Origin: Candidatus Poribacteria bacterium
Lineage (GTDB): Bacteria > Poribacteria > WGA-4E > WGA-3G
Direction of reading: 5' to 3'
NCBI GenBank assembly: GCA_965215265.1
Contig: OZ244048.1
Coordinates: 2,560,001-2,624,000, forward strand
Length of the DNA stretch: 64,000 nucleotides
Below the pieces are notes generated by a model. That model was not told the DNA's origin. It was given only the letters and a program-made list of their open reading frames with translations, and did no database searches. Shown here in pieces: positions 19,265 through 28,988 of this stretch. The first letter of the stretch is position 1, and each line of letters begins with the position of its first letter. Position numbers and translations under genes: made by a program.

Positions 19265-20308
19265 ATGAAAAAAAAGGAAATCGTTATAGAAGTTCGTGAT
19301 CTGAGCAAAAACTTCAAGGTCTATCATCATCGCAAAGGTTTTTTCGGAGCGTTCGCCAACCTCTTTTCGCGTAAGCATCGTGTTGTTCAAGCAGTAGACA
19401 GTATTTCATTTACAGTGGCGCGCGGCGAGATGGTTGGATATTTGGGGCCTAACGGTGCCGGAAAGTCTACAACAATCAAGATGCTCACCGGCATCCTCGT
19501 TCCAACTTCAGGAGAAGTTACGGTAAACGGCTATATCCCCCATCGCCAGCGGAAAGAGAACGCGAAACGCATCGGCGTTGTGTTTGGACAACGTTCGCAT
19601 CTATGGTTTGATCTGCCGGTCCAAGAATCTTTTGAATTACTACGCCGCATCTATCGTATTCCACATGCGCAATACAGCCGCAATGTAGAACTGTTTAACG
19701 AATTGCTCAGTCTTAAGGATTTTTTCCAGACACCGGTTCGACAGCTCAGCCTTGGGCAACGTATGCGCGCTGACATTGCCGCCGCACTACTACATAATCC
19801 GGATGTCCTCTTCCTTGACGAACCGACGATTGGGTTAGATGTCGTTGCCAAACAGCATATCCGCCAGTTTATACAGCAGATTAACACCGAACGGCAGGTT
19901 ACGGTAGTGTTGACAACACACGACCTAGACGATGTAGAGAAGCTCTGTAAACGGGTGATCCTCATCGATGATGCTCGTTTACGTTTTGACGGTGAGCTCG
20001 CTGCACTTCGGCAGCTGCTTTCGCGAGAACGGATTTTGCGGGTGGATTACGCGGAAGTCTATCCGGACTTCAGTATCCCCGGTGCGCAGATTGTATATCA
20101 GGAAGGGCCGCACGTTCAGTATCGATTCTCCCCAGAGGAGATTAGTGCGGCAGAACTGATTCAGGTAATACTCCAAAAATTCAAGATTGTAGACATAGCC
20201 GTTCAGGAACCTGATATTGAGGAGCTAATCAAAACAGTTTATGAGGATAATCTAATTCTGAGTAGAATTCCGAATTGTTCCGGGAATAAGAATCTCGATC
20301 GGAATTAA
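19265..20308 (+). CDS. ABC transporter ATP-binding protein
   Basis: Walker A GPNGAGKS, signature LSLGQ, Walker B 'FLDEPT'. Confidence 0.95.
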   Translation: MKKKEIVIEVRDLSKNFKVYHHRKGFFGAFANLFSRKHRVVQAVDSISFTVARGEMVGYLGPNGAGKSTTIKMLTGILVPTSGEVTVNGYIPHRQRKENAKRIGVVFGQRSHLWFDLPVQESFELLRRIYRIPHAQYSRNVELFNELLSLKDFFQTPVRQLSLGQRMRADIAAALLHNPDVLFLDEPTIGLDVVAKQHIRQFIQQINTERQVTVVLTTHDLDDVEKLCKRVILIDDARLRFDGELAALRQLLSRERILRVDYAEVYPDFSIPGAQIVYQEGPHVQYRFSPEEISAAELIQVILQKFKIVDIAVQEPDIEELIKTVYEDNLILSRIPNCSGNKNLDRN

Positions 20309-20498
20309 GTGGTGCCAGGTACGGAGGAACTCACCAAACGATGTTCGCGACGGCGAGAATTGCGTTGCTATAAACAGGGTGCCCTGCTGGGCTTTTGAAT
20401 CGGCTTCCGGTCGGAATGTGTAGAGACAGGCAATAACTCGCTCTACTATAAATAGACTTTAGTAAAGACGAAATGCCCCTAATTTCGCGCAAATCCCC

Positions 20499-20528
20499 TT
20501 GACAATTCCTAAAGGTCTGTGTTAAACT
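20499..20528 (+). promoter_or_regulatory. Putative sigma70 promoter for the LamG gene
   Basis: TTGACA, 18 nt, TGn-TAAACT. Confidence 0.55.
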
Positions 20529-20624
20529 ATTTTGAAATTGGTATGGGGGAGTTTGCGAACCTATGCCTATCGTTAAATTTCCAAGTCTAAATGAAAAATC
20601 AGAACCTAAAAGGAGAAAGCGAAA

Positions 20625-21389
20625 ATGAAATCGGTAAAAATAAAAGTCATCTGTCTCCTCGCTCTACTGCTCACTGTACTCTGGTATGCGGATGCGGCGG
20701 ATGCCCAAGAATTCGTAACAGACGGGCTTGTTGCGATGTATACACTGAATGAGGCAGACATTGATGGCAAAGTGGTCAAAGATGTCTTTGGGGACAACGA
20801 TGCGGAAATGATGGGCAATCTCAAATCGGTTGAGGGTCCACTAGGAGACGCGTTGGAGTTTGAAGGGAAACCGGAGAACTACATCGAGATACCCGCCCTG
20901 GGCGAATTTGAATTGGTCACTATTGAATGCTGGGCGCTTGAAGGACAATTCGGCGGTATCCAAGGTATCGTTTCAACATGGCAGTGGGCAGCCGGGAAAG
21001 TCCATTTCAAGTTTGAAGGCAACGAAATCCAGGTCCATAAAAACGACGGTGTCAAGATTCGCTTAGCTGCAGAAACGGAAACGTGGTATCACATCATTTA
21101 CACCAGCAACACCAAAGACGATGAGCTGAAGCTTTACGTTGATGGCGAGCTGGTTGACGAGGGGTTATCCGGGGGAACACCTGAAAATATGGATGAACGT
21201 CGGATTGGCAGTGAACACGATGGGAGATACCTCATCGGGATGATAGATAATGTCCGTATCTACGATCGGATTTTGACTGAGGATGAGGTTAAGCAAAATT
21301 TTGAGGCTGAAAGCGATTCGCTGTCCGTTGTTGAGGCGGCCGGAAAACTCGCACTCACCTGGGGCACGCTTAAGCAGGTGAATAACTAA
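20625..21389 (+). CDS. Secreted LamG/concanavalin-like jelly-roll protein
   Basis: Signal peptide. 'GLVAMYTL', 'ALEFEG', 'TWYHI', 'LYVDG', 'GMIDNVRIYDRIL'. C-terminus 'VEAAGKLALTWGTLK'. Confidence 0.9.
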   Translation: MKSVKIKVICLLALLLTVLWYADAADAQEFVTDGLVAMYTLNEADIDGKVVKDVFGDNDAEMMGNLKSVEGPLGDALEFEGKPENYIEIPALGEFELVTIECWALEGQFGGIQGIVSTWQWAAGKVHFKFEGNEIQVHKNDGVKIRLAAETETWYHIIYTSNTKDDELKLYVDGELVDEGLSGGTPENMDERRIGSEHDGRYLIGMIDNVRIYDRILTEDEVKQNFEAESDSLSVVEAAGKLALTWGTLKQVNN

Positions 21390-21405
21390 GCTGCAGTCTC
21401 ATATC

Positions 21406-21429
21406 TGGGCGGATTTGAAAATCCGCCCA
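21406..21429. repeat. REP-like GC-rich palindrome / possible terminator
   Basis: TGGGCGGATTTGAAAATCCGCCCA. A related hairpin AGGGCGGTTAAACCCGCCCT occurs at 32696-32715. Confidence 0.5.
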
Positions 21430-21457
21430 TCTTCTTAAGTCTATACGGTGCGAGCGT

Positions 21458-22369
21458 ATGCGTCCGATTAAAAAGGCAATTATCCCTATCGCCGGGTACG
21501 GGACGCGCCTCTTCCCTGCAACGAAAGCCGTTCCGAAGGCCCTTTTTCCAATCATCGCGCCTGATGGAATGGCGAAGCCTGTCATCCAACTGATTATTGA
21601 GGAAGCGTTAACAGCAGGTGTGGAAGAGGTGTGTATCGTTGCGCAACCCCAACAGGTCGAACCGATTGCCGACTATTTCTCTGGCATCGTACCACCGGCG
21701 CTTCGCGAGAAAGCAGAATTGGCACGTCAGGCGGATATCCTCGCCGAAATCGGCGAACGGTTGTCCTTTGCCATTCAGGCGGAGCCGATGGGGTTTGGGC
21801 ACGCCATCTATTGTGCTAAAGATTTTGCTGCGGACGAACCTGCCATGATTCTGCTGGGCGACCATCTCTATATATCCGATTCGAATGCTTCGTGCGCGAA
21901 ACAGTTGGCTGATATCTACGCTCAGGTCGGACAATCCGTAACCAGCCTCGACATTTGCGATGAACGTGAACTCTCGCTCAACGGAATCGTGCATGGGAGC
22001 CGCTGCGATGGGCACCGTGCACTTTTCAGGCTATCCCAAATTGTGGAAAAGCCTAGCGTGGATGTTGCCCGCAAACACCTTATCGTTGAGGGGCTCCCGC
22101 CGCAGAAGTATCTCTGCAACTTCGGCATAGATGTGCTGACACCGCTTCTTTTTGATATCTTGGATTACAATGCACACCACAACATCGTCACACATGGCGA
22201 GATTCAACTGCGGGATGCTATGACGGAATTGATACGGCAGGAAGGCATGTTCGGTTTCCGTGTTGCAGGGCAGCGTTATGACACCGGTAACCCACAAGAA
22301 TTGCTAAGAACTGTTATTGCTTTTGGACACCACGGTCCCTATTGGGAAGGGGTTGACGATCAAAATTAA
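21458..22369 (+). CDS. UTP--glucose-1-phosphate uridylyltransferase-like nucleotidyltransferase
   Basis: 'KKAIIPIAGYGTRLFPATKAVPKAL', 'QAEPMGFGHAI', 'VEKP', 'GEIQLRDA', 'RYDTG'. Confidence 0.85.
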   Translation: MRPIKKAIIPIAGYGTRLFPATKAVPKALFPIIAPDGMAKPVIQLIIEEALTAGVEEVCIVAQPQQVEPIADYFSGIVPPALREKAELARQADILAEIGERLSFAIQAEPMGFGHAIYCAKDFAADEPAMILLGDHLYISDSNASCAKQLADIYAQVGQSVTSLDICDERELSLNGIVHGSRCDGHRALFRLSQIVEKPSVDVARKHLIVEGLPPQKYLCNFGIDVLTPLLFDILDYNAHHNIVTHGEIQLRDAMTELIRQEGMFGFRVAGQRYDTGNPQELLRTVIAFGHHGPYWEGVDDQN

Positions 22370-22431
22370 CCGTTGTTGCAGGTTGGTAGTCGCCTCTCCG
22401 TTGCGACACGAAAAACATATTAAGAAAAACC

Positions 22432-25305
22432 ATGTCAAACAAAGAAGACCTCATCACAACTGCATTCGTCAAAGTGCTGCGCCCTATGCGACACGCATGG
22501 ACACTTACGCAACATCCGTCAAAACCCTTCACCGAAAATGATAGGGAACCTGATGTCATTGTCACCGAACCGAGACGGAACCCCATCGCTATTGAAGACA
22601 AAGTTGACAATCCACGCGGCACAGAGCTCAGTGGTGAAAAGCAGCTCAATGATTTTTACCTCGGTAAAACGCTTAAGACGACGGCCCAGAAAATTCAGAC
22701 CGGCATCGCTGTTCGGTTTCCGTACGAATTCAGAGAGATCGAGCAAGCCGAGCTTGATGAAAAAATGGCAAAAGCCTCAGACATCGCTTACTGTCTCCTC
22801 AGCATAGATGAACCGCACCGCTTCCCGAAAGACGGCTGGCTAACGGGCAGTGTAGCAGACATCGCAACTGCGATTCGCATTGGAGCGATGCCAATCGCGA
22901 AAATTAATGAAGCGTCGAAGATGCTAGAACGTGGTGTGGATACTGCAGGCGAGCTCGTTGATGCGGCGATCGCTGAAAGGCCTGAGATCGGGCATCGGAT
23001 CGAAAAAATCCTCTACCAAGAGTACTGTCCTCAGACAACGCGGATGGCAATGCTTATCATCGGGAATGCTTTTATCTTTCAAAGTTCCCTCGCTGGGAAA
23101 CCCGACTTGGAGACGGTGCCCTCGCTGAGTGGCCTCCGAAGTCAAAACGGCTTACTTGATTCTGATCTCGTTTTTGATGCGTGGTATACTATCCAGACAG
23201 TCAACTATCACTCCATCTATGATGTGGCGGTTGCCTTAGTCAACGCCATCGCCCTCGATGACCAGCTCGTCGGCAAGGTACTTTGGACGCTTCGCAACAC
23301 TGCGCGGAGTTTAGAGCAGATGGGACTTGCAAGAGAGCATGAACTCGCGGGGATAGTTTTTCAGAAACTTATTACAGACAGGCGGTTCATTAAGGCACAC
23401 TACACACGTCCTGAATCATCAGCACTGCTTTCTGCACTCATGTTACCTGAATTAAAGGGCAATGCTAAGCGAATTAAAGTGGCTGACTTCGCTTGTGGAA
23501 CTGGGACCCTCCTCAACAGTGTCTACCAACGCATACTCGGATTTCATGAACAAGCGGGCGGAAAGGGACAAGATATCCATCGAGACATGCTCGAAAACAA
23601 CATCGTCGGTTGTGATATCCTGCCCAATGCTGTACATCTTACGACATCCATTATTGCCAGTACCTATCCGGATATCAAAATGACGGACACACGCATCCAT
23701 ACGATGGCGTACGGGACGCAGCAACCCGACGGACAATACGCTATCGGGGCCCTAAACCTGCTTCGCAACCCAGAAGAGACACTACCCATCCCGATGACAA
23801 TAAGCCGTAGAGTCAGTGCAAGCGAAGACACAGAGACACATGCGCAGAAAGAATTTAGGCACGAAGAATTCGATCTGGTGATACAGAATCCTCCCTATAC
23901 CAAAGGGAATACGGATGGAAATTCCAAAATCCCGAAAACAACGTTTGGCGATAAAGACCCCACGGTCGAAAGGGCAATGAAAAAATCGCTCAAGGCCCAG
24001 AAATGCAGTGTGGCCGACGGCAATGCCGGCATCGCCTCACACTTCGTTGAGCTCGCCGATAAGATGCTGAAACGCAACGGGAGGATCGGTATAGTGCTGC
24101 CCATAAATGCTATCGCAGGCACAAGTTGGCGCAAGGTGCGAAACCTATGGGCGAAGCAATACCACGATGTTATTGTCGTCACTATCGCAGGTGCCAAGAT
24201 TGAAAACAGCACCTTCTCCGCGGATACAGGCATAGCGGAGTGTCTCGTTATTGCCACCAAAGGGAAATCGGACAATACAGGCAGAGGTACTTTTGTTTGC
24301 CTACACCGGCGCCCCGCAGGCGTGCTGGAGGCACTCGAAATCGCAAATCAGATCCACAGGCTGAAGGACATCCGACAGCTTGAAAGCGGTATCACCGGTG
24401 GAAACCCTATCAAGGTGGACATAGAACCCGTCGGCTATGCGATGAACGCCCCCTGCCCAGATGTGGATGAGGGATGGATAGTATGCCGCGTCAAAGATAT
24501 GGGGCTCGTTCAATCGGCATATCAACTCGCCAACGGGTCCCTGAGACTTCCACGACAGACAGAGGCAATTCCGATTCCGATCCGCCGGTTGTCCGACATT
24601 GCCAAAACAAGCCTGGGGCCCCTGGCGATATACGGTGATGGCGGAGAAGGCGTGTTTGACGTTGAGACACGGTGTCCGGAGACTGCAGATTACCCATGCC
24701 TCTGGCATGTTAATTCCAAAATACAGACGGCGATGCTTGTAGAACCCGATGCCCACGCGCTTCCACGCCCTGATTGTGAAAACAAAATCCCGAGAATCAT
24801 GGCACGCAACAGTCGGATTCACTACAGTCAAAGCATCCGGTTTAATGCGGGTTCAGTACTCGTGATGTTTACGGAACAGAAAACCATCGGCGTGAATACG
24901 CTCCCGAATGTTCGCTTTACCAGCGACAAGTATGAATACGCGTGGGCATTGTGGGGCAATTCAACGCTCGGATTGCTCTGCCATTGGATGCAAGCGGGCA
25001 AACAGCAGCAGGGACGCGGTATACTCGGAAAAATGACTTTGCGTTCTCTACCGACATTGGATGTCACGCAGTTGAGTCCGTCTCAACTAGAGGCTGCACA
25101 GCAGATTTTCCATGGGTTAAAACACCAGCAGATGCTTCCGTTCAACGAGATGGTAGTTGACCCGGTGCGGCAGGAACTCGATCGGCTGCTGTTATCAGAG
25201 GTATTGGGTTTTGGAGAGGGGACGCATGCTGAAGTACATGAGGGGCTTGCGCTGCTCCGCAAAAAGCTCTGCGCGGAACCGAGTGTCCACGGCGGCAAAG
25301 GATGA
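22432..25305 (+). CDS. Single-chain type IIG-like restriction endonuclease / N6-adenine DNA methyltransferase
   Basis: N-terminal PD-(D/E)xK 'EPDVIV...IAIEDK'. Motif X 'HYTRP', motif I 'DFACGTGTLL', motif IV 'QNPPY' in gamma-class order. Long C-terminal putative TRD. Confidence 0.8.
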   Translation: MSNKEDLITTAFVKVLRPMRHAWTLTQHPSKPFTENDREPDVIVTEPRRNPIAIEDKVDNPRGTELSGEKQLNDFYLGKTLKTTAQKIQTGIAVRFPYEFREIEQAELDEKMAKASDIAYCLLSIDEPHRFPKDGWLTGSVADIATAIRIGAMPIAKINEASKMLERGVDTAGELVDAAIAERPEIGHRIEKILYQEYCPQTTRMAMLIIGNAFIFQSSLAGKPDLETVPSLSGLRSQNGLLDSDLVFDAWYTIQTVNYHSIYDVAVALVNAIALDDQLVGKVLWTLRNTARSLEQMGLAREHELAGIVFQKLITDRRFIKAHYTRPESSALLSALMLPELKGNAKRIKVADFACGTGTLLNSVYQRILGFHEQAGGKGQDIHRDMLENNIVGCDILPNAVHLTTSIIASTYPDIKMTDTRIHTMAYGTQQPDGQYAIGALNLLRNPEETLPIPMTISRRVSASEDTETHAQKEFRHEEFDLVIQNPPYTKGNTDGNSKIPKTTFGDKDPTVERAMKKSLKAQKCSVADGNAGIASHFVELADKMLKRNGRIGIVLPINAIAGTSWRKVRNLWAKQYHDVIVVTIAGAKIENSTFSADTGIAECLVIATKGKSDNTGRGTFVCLHRRPAGVLEALEIANQIHRLKDIRQLESGITGGNPIKVDIEPVGYAMNAPCPDVDEGWIVCRVKDMGLVQSAYQLANGSLRLPRQTEAIPIPIRRLSDIAKTSLGPLAIYGDGGEGVFDVETRCPETADYPCLWHVNSKIQTAMLVEPDAHALPRPDCENKIPRIMARNSRIHYSQSIRFNAGSVLVMFTEQKTIGVNTLPNVRFTSDKYEYAWALWGNSTLGLLCHWMQAGKQQQGRGILGKMTLRSLPTLDVTQLSPSQLEAAQQIFHGLKHQQMLPFNEMVVDPVRQELDRLLLSEVLGFGEGTHAEVHEGLALLRKKLCAEPSVHGGKG

Positions 25306-25453
25306 AGGTTGGTTAAACAACGCGAGCCTCTTTTCGCCAGTGTGCTGAAGCATCCCCGGCAGAGCGTTTACCTGTCTTGAAAGAAGCATTTGGATTGGGG
25401 TTGAAAGAACTACGGTGGCTTGCATTGAAAGTGTGCTGGGAGGAGAAAATCAC

Positions 25454-26164
25454 TTAATCCAGTGTTTCACCAACGTCTAACTCGACAATTTCTACATTTT
25501 GCGAAGCTGTTAGTTTGCGAAGTTCTTCAGGTGTGCCGGTTAAGAGCGGGAACGTCCCGTAATGAATGGGTAGGATTGCTGACACATTGAGCAATTGGGC
25601 GGCATAGGCGGCTTCGCGCGGTCCCATCGTAAAGTGATCGCCAATAGGTAAGAGTGCGAGGTCTGGCTGGTAGATGTCGCCGATAATTCGCATATCGCCA
25701 AAGACATTCGTATCCCCGGCGTGGTAGAGTTTATAGCCGTTGGCGAATTCCAGTACGTACCCTGCCGGTTCACCCAAATAGACCGTTGTCCCGTCTTCCT
25801 CTGTGAAACTACTGCTATGATTTGCGGAAACCATCGTTGCTTTGATGCCGGCGACGGTTACGGTTCCGCCTTTATTCATGCCGATGGTATTTTCAACGCC
25901 CTTTCTCCCGAGCCATCCGGCAATTTCGACGATGGAAACGACGGTTGGCGTATGTTGCTTGGCGAGCGTGACTGCGTCCCCGATGTGATCTGCGTGTCCG
26001 TGCGTTATCAGCATGAGGTCTATTTTGTGAAAAGTTTTGAGTGCATCTGGGCAAACGGGATTGTTCGTTACCCACGGATCGATGAGGAGGGTTTGTCCAT
26101 CCGCCAAAATTTTGAAGGTAGAATGCCCGAGCCATGTGAGTTGGATACCGTTGTTAAGTTTCAT
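25454..26164 (-). CDS. UPF0173 metal-dependent hydrolase (metallo-beta-lactamase fold)
   Basis: 'TWLGHS', 'THGHADH', 'YHAGDT', 'LPIGDHFTMG', 'PIHY'. Confidence 0.93.
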   Translation of the reverse strand: MKLNNGIQLTWLGHSTFKILADGQTLLIDPWVTNNPVCPDALKTFHKIDLMLITHGHADHIGDAVTLAKQHTPTVVSIVEIAGWLGRKGVENTIGMNKGGTVTVAGIKATMVSANHSSSFTEEDGTTVYLGEPAGYVLEFANGYKLYHAGDTNVFGDMRIIGDIYQPDLALLPIGDHFTMGPREAAYAAQLLNVSAILPIHYGTFPLLTGTPEELRKLTASQNVEIVELDVGETLD

Positions 26165-27326
26165 TCAAAATTTCCTTTAATCTGTCAATGATAATTTCCA
26201 CTTCTCCTGGTAGGAGGGTTTGTCCGTTAATCAGGATTCCGTTTTTTCCAGTGGTTGCAATGTCAATGGCGGGGTCGCCCTGTGCGAGTGCGCGGAGAAT
26301 CTGATTTCGGGTTTGTCGGACTCGTTTTTCGTCAAATCGGATTTCAGTGCGTGGCATAGGTTGTGCGGCTTCGGATGGGAAGCTGCGCTGTACTTGAACG
26401 CCTGGGATATCTGCAAATGCGTCTGCGAAGGTAGTAACCTGCGCTTCGTAGTTTTGCATCAACTGCTGATGGTCTTGATTGAGGTACCATTTGACTGCGG
26501 CAAGCAAGCCGACCATCTCTTCCTTTCCGACCTTCATGCCTCTTCCGATAAACGGATGCGGAGGTCCGTTAAAGGCGATGGCTTCAATAAGCGGTTTCGT
26601 TCCGACAATCAGGCCGCTGCTTTGCGGTCCACATAAGCCTTTTCCGCCACTAAACATGACTAAATCGGCCCCGAGCTGTGTGAATCGCCAGAGGTTTTCA
26701 GGCGGTGGCAGCTGCGCGGCGGCATCAACGATAAGGGGTATGCCGTGCCGTTTAGCAATAGCGATGGCTTTTTCGTAAGGTACCCAGAGATGCTCCCTGC
26801 TGGGATTGGCGAAATAGAAGATAGCGGCGGTTTTGTCGGTAATCGCATTTTCCAATTCGTTAGGTGCTGTTCCGTTTTCGTCTCCTATCTCGATAAAGGT
26901 TACACCTACCTGTCGGATGGCGAAATCGTATCCAACCCTGCCGTGTCTGTGTACAATAACTTCACTTTTCATGGTATTGTCGAGACGTGGCAGTTTTTCA
27001 CGTTTAGCGGCATCAAGTCCTGTTATACAAGCTGCAGTGCTGAGTGTGAGTGCGGCGGCGGCCCCGCAAGAAACGTATGCGGCTTCATTGTGTGTGAGCT
27101 TCGCGATCTCTTCTCCGATGCGTTTTTGGAGTGCGATGATGTCTACAAAGTGTTTTGATGCCTCCTCCATTGCCTTGACAACTTCTGGGGGCATGATGGA
27201 GCCGCCGAGACGTGTGAGTGTAGCGTTGCCGTTGATAACGGTGCGGATGCCCAATTCTTTGTAAATGCTCACGTTTCCTGCTCCGGCCTGCTGATGCGCT
27301 GTGGGTTTATCCGACTTCTTCGCCAT
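26154..27326 (-). CDS. SelA-like / DgaE-family PLP-dependent enzyme
   Basis: 'RTVINGNATLTRLGGS', 'IVDAAAQ', 'FSGGKGLCGPQSSG', 'IGRGMKVGKEE'. Confidence 0.88.
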   Translation of the reverse strand: MAKKSDKPTAHQQAGAGNVSIYKELGIRTVINGNATLTRLGGSIMPPEVVKAMEEASKHFVDIIALQKRIGEEIAKLTHNEAAYVSCGAAAALTLSTAACITGLDAAKREKLPRLDNTMKSEVIVHRHGRVGYDFAIRQVGVTFIEIGDENGTAPNELENAITDKTAAIFYFANPSREHLWVPYEKAIAIAKRHGIPLIVDAAAQLPPPENLWRFTQLGADLVMFSGGKGLCGPQSSGLIVGTKPLIEAIAFNGPPHPFIGRGMKVGKEEMVGLLAAVKWYLNQDHQQLMQNYEAQVTTFADAFADIPGVQVQRSFPSEAAQPMPRTEIRFDEKRVRQTRNQILRALAQGDPAIDIATTGKNGILINGQTLLPGEVEIIIDRLKEILNET

Positions 27327-28119
27327 CTAATTTTCCGACGTGCAGGTCTATTTCGTCGCGCGATTCAATTTTCTCGACTTTACCGTCTGCCATGTGGAAG
27401 ATTCGATCAGAGACGTCCAACATTTTGTGGTCGTGCGTTGCGGTGATGATGGTGACTCCGTTTTCGCCATTTAGTCGGCGAAGGAGTGCGATAATCTCGA
27501 GTCCGGTTTTTGTATCAAGGTTCCCGGTGGGTTCATCAGCGAGGACGATGGCTGGATTGTTGGCCAGCGATCGTGCAATGGCAACACGTTGCTGCTGTCC
27601 GCCGGACAGTTCTAACGGTTTGTGTTGGACCCGGTCGCCTAACCCGACGAGTGCGAGGAGTTCGACGCCTTGTTCGCGGCTCTCATCGGCACTCATGCCT
27701 GCGAAAATCATGGGTAGCGAAACGTTTTCGAGCGCGGTCATGACGGGGATAAGGTTGAACGATTGGAAGATATATCCAATTTTCCGGCAGCGTAGCCAGG
27801 CGAGTTCATAAGCGTCAAGTTGGGCGATGTCAACTTCGTCAATATAGACTCTGCCTTCGGTCGGTTTGTCGAGTCCGCCAATCATATTGAAAAGCGTAGA
27901 CTTGCCGGAGCCGGAGGGTCCCATAATAGAGATATATTCGCCGCGCTGAATTTGGAAATTAACCCCCCTGAGTGCATCAACGGTGGTATCGCCCATTTCA
28001 TAACGTTTAATGAGGTTCCGGACGCGGACTGTATTCTCTTTGGGGAGGATTCGCTGGAACCGTTCGGGGGTTTCGGCAAGGATAGGTTGTCCATCACTTA
28101 GTCCTGTTTGCATATTCAT
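27307..28119 (-). CDS. ABC ATP-binding protein (LolD/MacB-like)
   Basis: GPSGSGKS, LSGGQQQRVAIAR, 'LADEPTGNLD', 'ATHD'. Confidence 0.95.
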   Translation of the reverse strand: MNMQTGLSDGQPILAETPERFQRILPKENTVRVRNLIKRYEMGDTTVDALRGVNFQIQRGEYISIMGPSGSGKSTLFNMIGGLDKPTEGRVYIDEVDIAQLDAYELAWLRCRKIGYIFQSFNLIPVMTALENVSLPMIFAGMSADESREQGVELLALVGLGDRVQHKPLELSGGQQQRVAIARSLANNPAIVLADEPTGNLDTKTGLEIIALLRRLNGENGVTIITATHDHKMLDVSDRIFHMADGKVEKIESRDEIDLHVGKLDGEEVG

Positions 28120-28353
28120 TTGTTTTCCTTTATCTCCTTTGTCTTACTTTGTCTTACTTTTGGGTCTGGCTTGCGAGCCGACCTCTTGTGTATGGCGTAC
28201 GGTTTGGGTAGGGAAAGGCCTCAGCCAAAAAGAGTTGCCTTTCTCTTATGCCTAAGTTTAGTGTCCTGCAAATCGATGTCGGATTTCTGTATATCTCCGT
28301 AAAGAATTGTCCCTGCTTGCAGGGTGAATTCTTGTCCATAAAGGGTTATGTTT

Positions 28354-28449
28354 TTTTTGTATATTTCAGCCCCATCAAGGGTTATGTATTGTTGAATCCG
28401 AGGTTTTAACATTGCAGCAGCCTTGTTACGGGCTCCTGTAGACGAAAAA
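28354..28449. mobile_element. Internally deleted inverted pair of the dispersed ~80-bp repeat (MITE-like)
   Basis: 28354-28400 resembles the arm at 47345. 28401-28449 '...GGGCTCCTGTAGACGAAA' matches 32623-32640 exactly. Confidence 0.55.
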
Positions 28450-28451
28450 CC

Positions 28452-28895
28452 TTAACGCTTTTTTAGTGTCGGTGCTTTCAATTCTGGTGCGTTCGGTTTC
28501 TTCTGTTCTGGGACGGCGAAGGCGATATAATTCCGTTTGCCGAGTTGTTGCATGAACATAATGAGTGAGGTTTCGGCTTCTTTTCGTGTTAACTGATGTT
28601 CTTTTTGTATACCTTTGATAATTTGTGCGATGGTATGTTTTCCGTCACACCGGTACCATACATAGGAGCCCATCGCATCGAGGACAATGACGCGTTTATT
28701 GGGGAGCATGAAGAATTTGCTAGCGAGTCGTACCCACAATTTATCTTTCTGTGGGACGACAAGCGACGTTTCCCCTTTGTCATCGACTTCCCATGTGATG
28801 AGTTCGTTTCGGACAGGAAACACTTGCATCAAGCGGTTCCTGTCCATGTCTGGGCGTTTCTTCAATTTGAGTGCGTATAGAATTCTATTGAGCAT
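28452..28895 (-). CDS. PqqD-family protein (RiPP recognition element fold)
   Basis: 'IVLDAMGSYVWYRCDGKHTIAQII...HQLTRKEAETSLIMFMQQLGKRNYI' PqqD winged-helix pattern. Start moved to ATG 28895 because the TTG at 28919 lies inside a repeat. Confidence 0.85.
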   Translation of the reverse strand: MLNRILYALKLKKRPDMDRNRLMQVFPVRNELITWEVDDKGETSLVVPQKDKLWVRLASKFFMLPNKRVIVLDAMGSYVWYRCDGKHTIAQIIKGIQKEHQLTRKEAETSLIMFMQQLGKRNYIAFAVPEQKKPNAPELKAPTLKKR

Positions 28896-28896
28896 T

Positions 28897-28977
28897 TTTT
28901 GTATACTGTAGCCCAACAACGCCTGATGTTTTGTTAATCACTGTGTACATCTCGTCAGAGCCGTTTATGTTTAGATT
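28897..28977. repeat. Copy of the dispersed ~80-bp repeat arm
   Basis: TTTTGTATACTGTAGCCCAACAACGC...TGTGTACATCTCGTCAGAGCCGTTTATGT aligns with 42959-43040 and 47345-47430. Confidence 0.7.
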
Positions 28978-28988
28978 CATATTAAGAG

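Noticed and set aside
26154-27326. Selenocysteine synthase selA
   Set aside because: Shorter than SelA, has DgaE-type motifs, and there is no selB/selC/selD nearby.
28221-28412. 63-aa ORF resembling an open frame at 32409-32540, as a possible RiPP precursor pair
   Set aside because: The similarity comes from the shared DNA repeat; the second frame has no start codon of its own and neither has a clear RBS.
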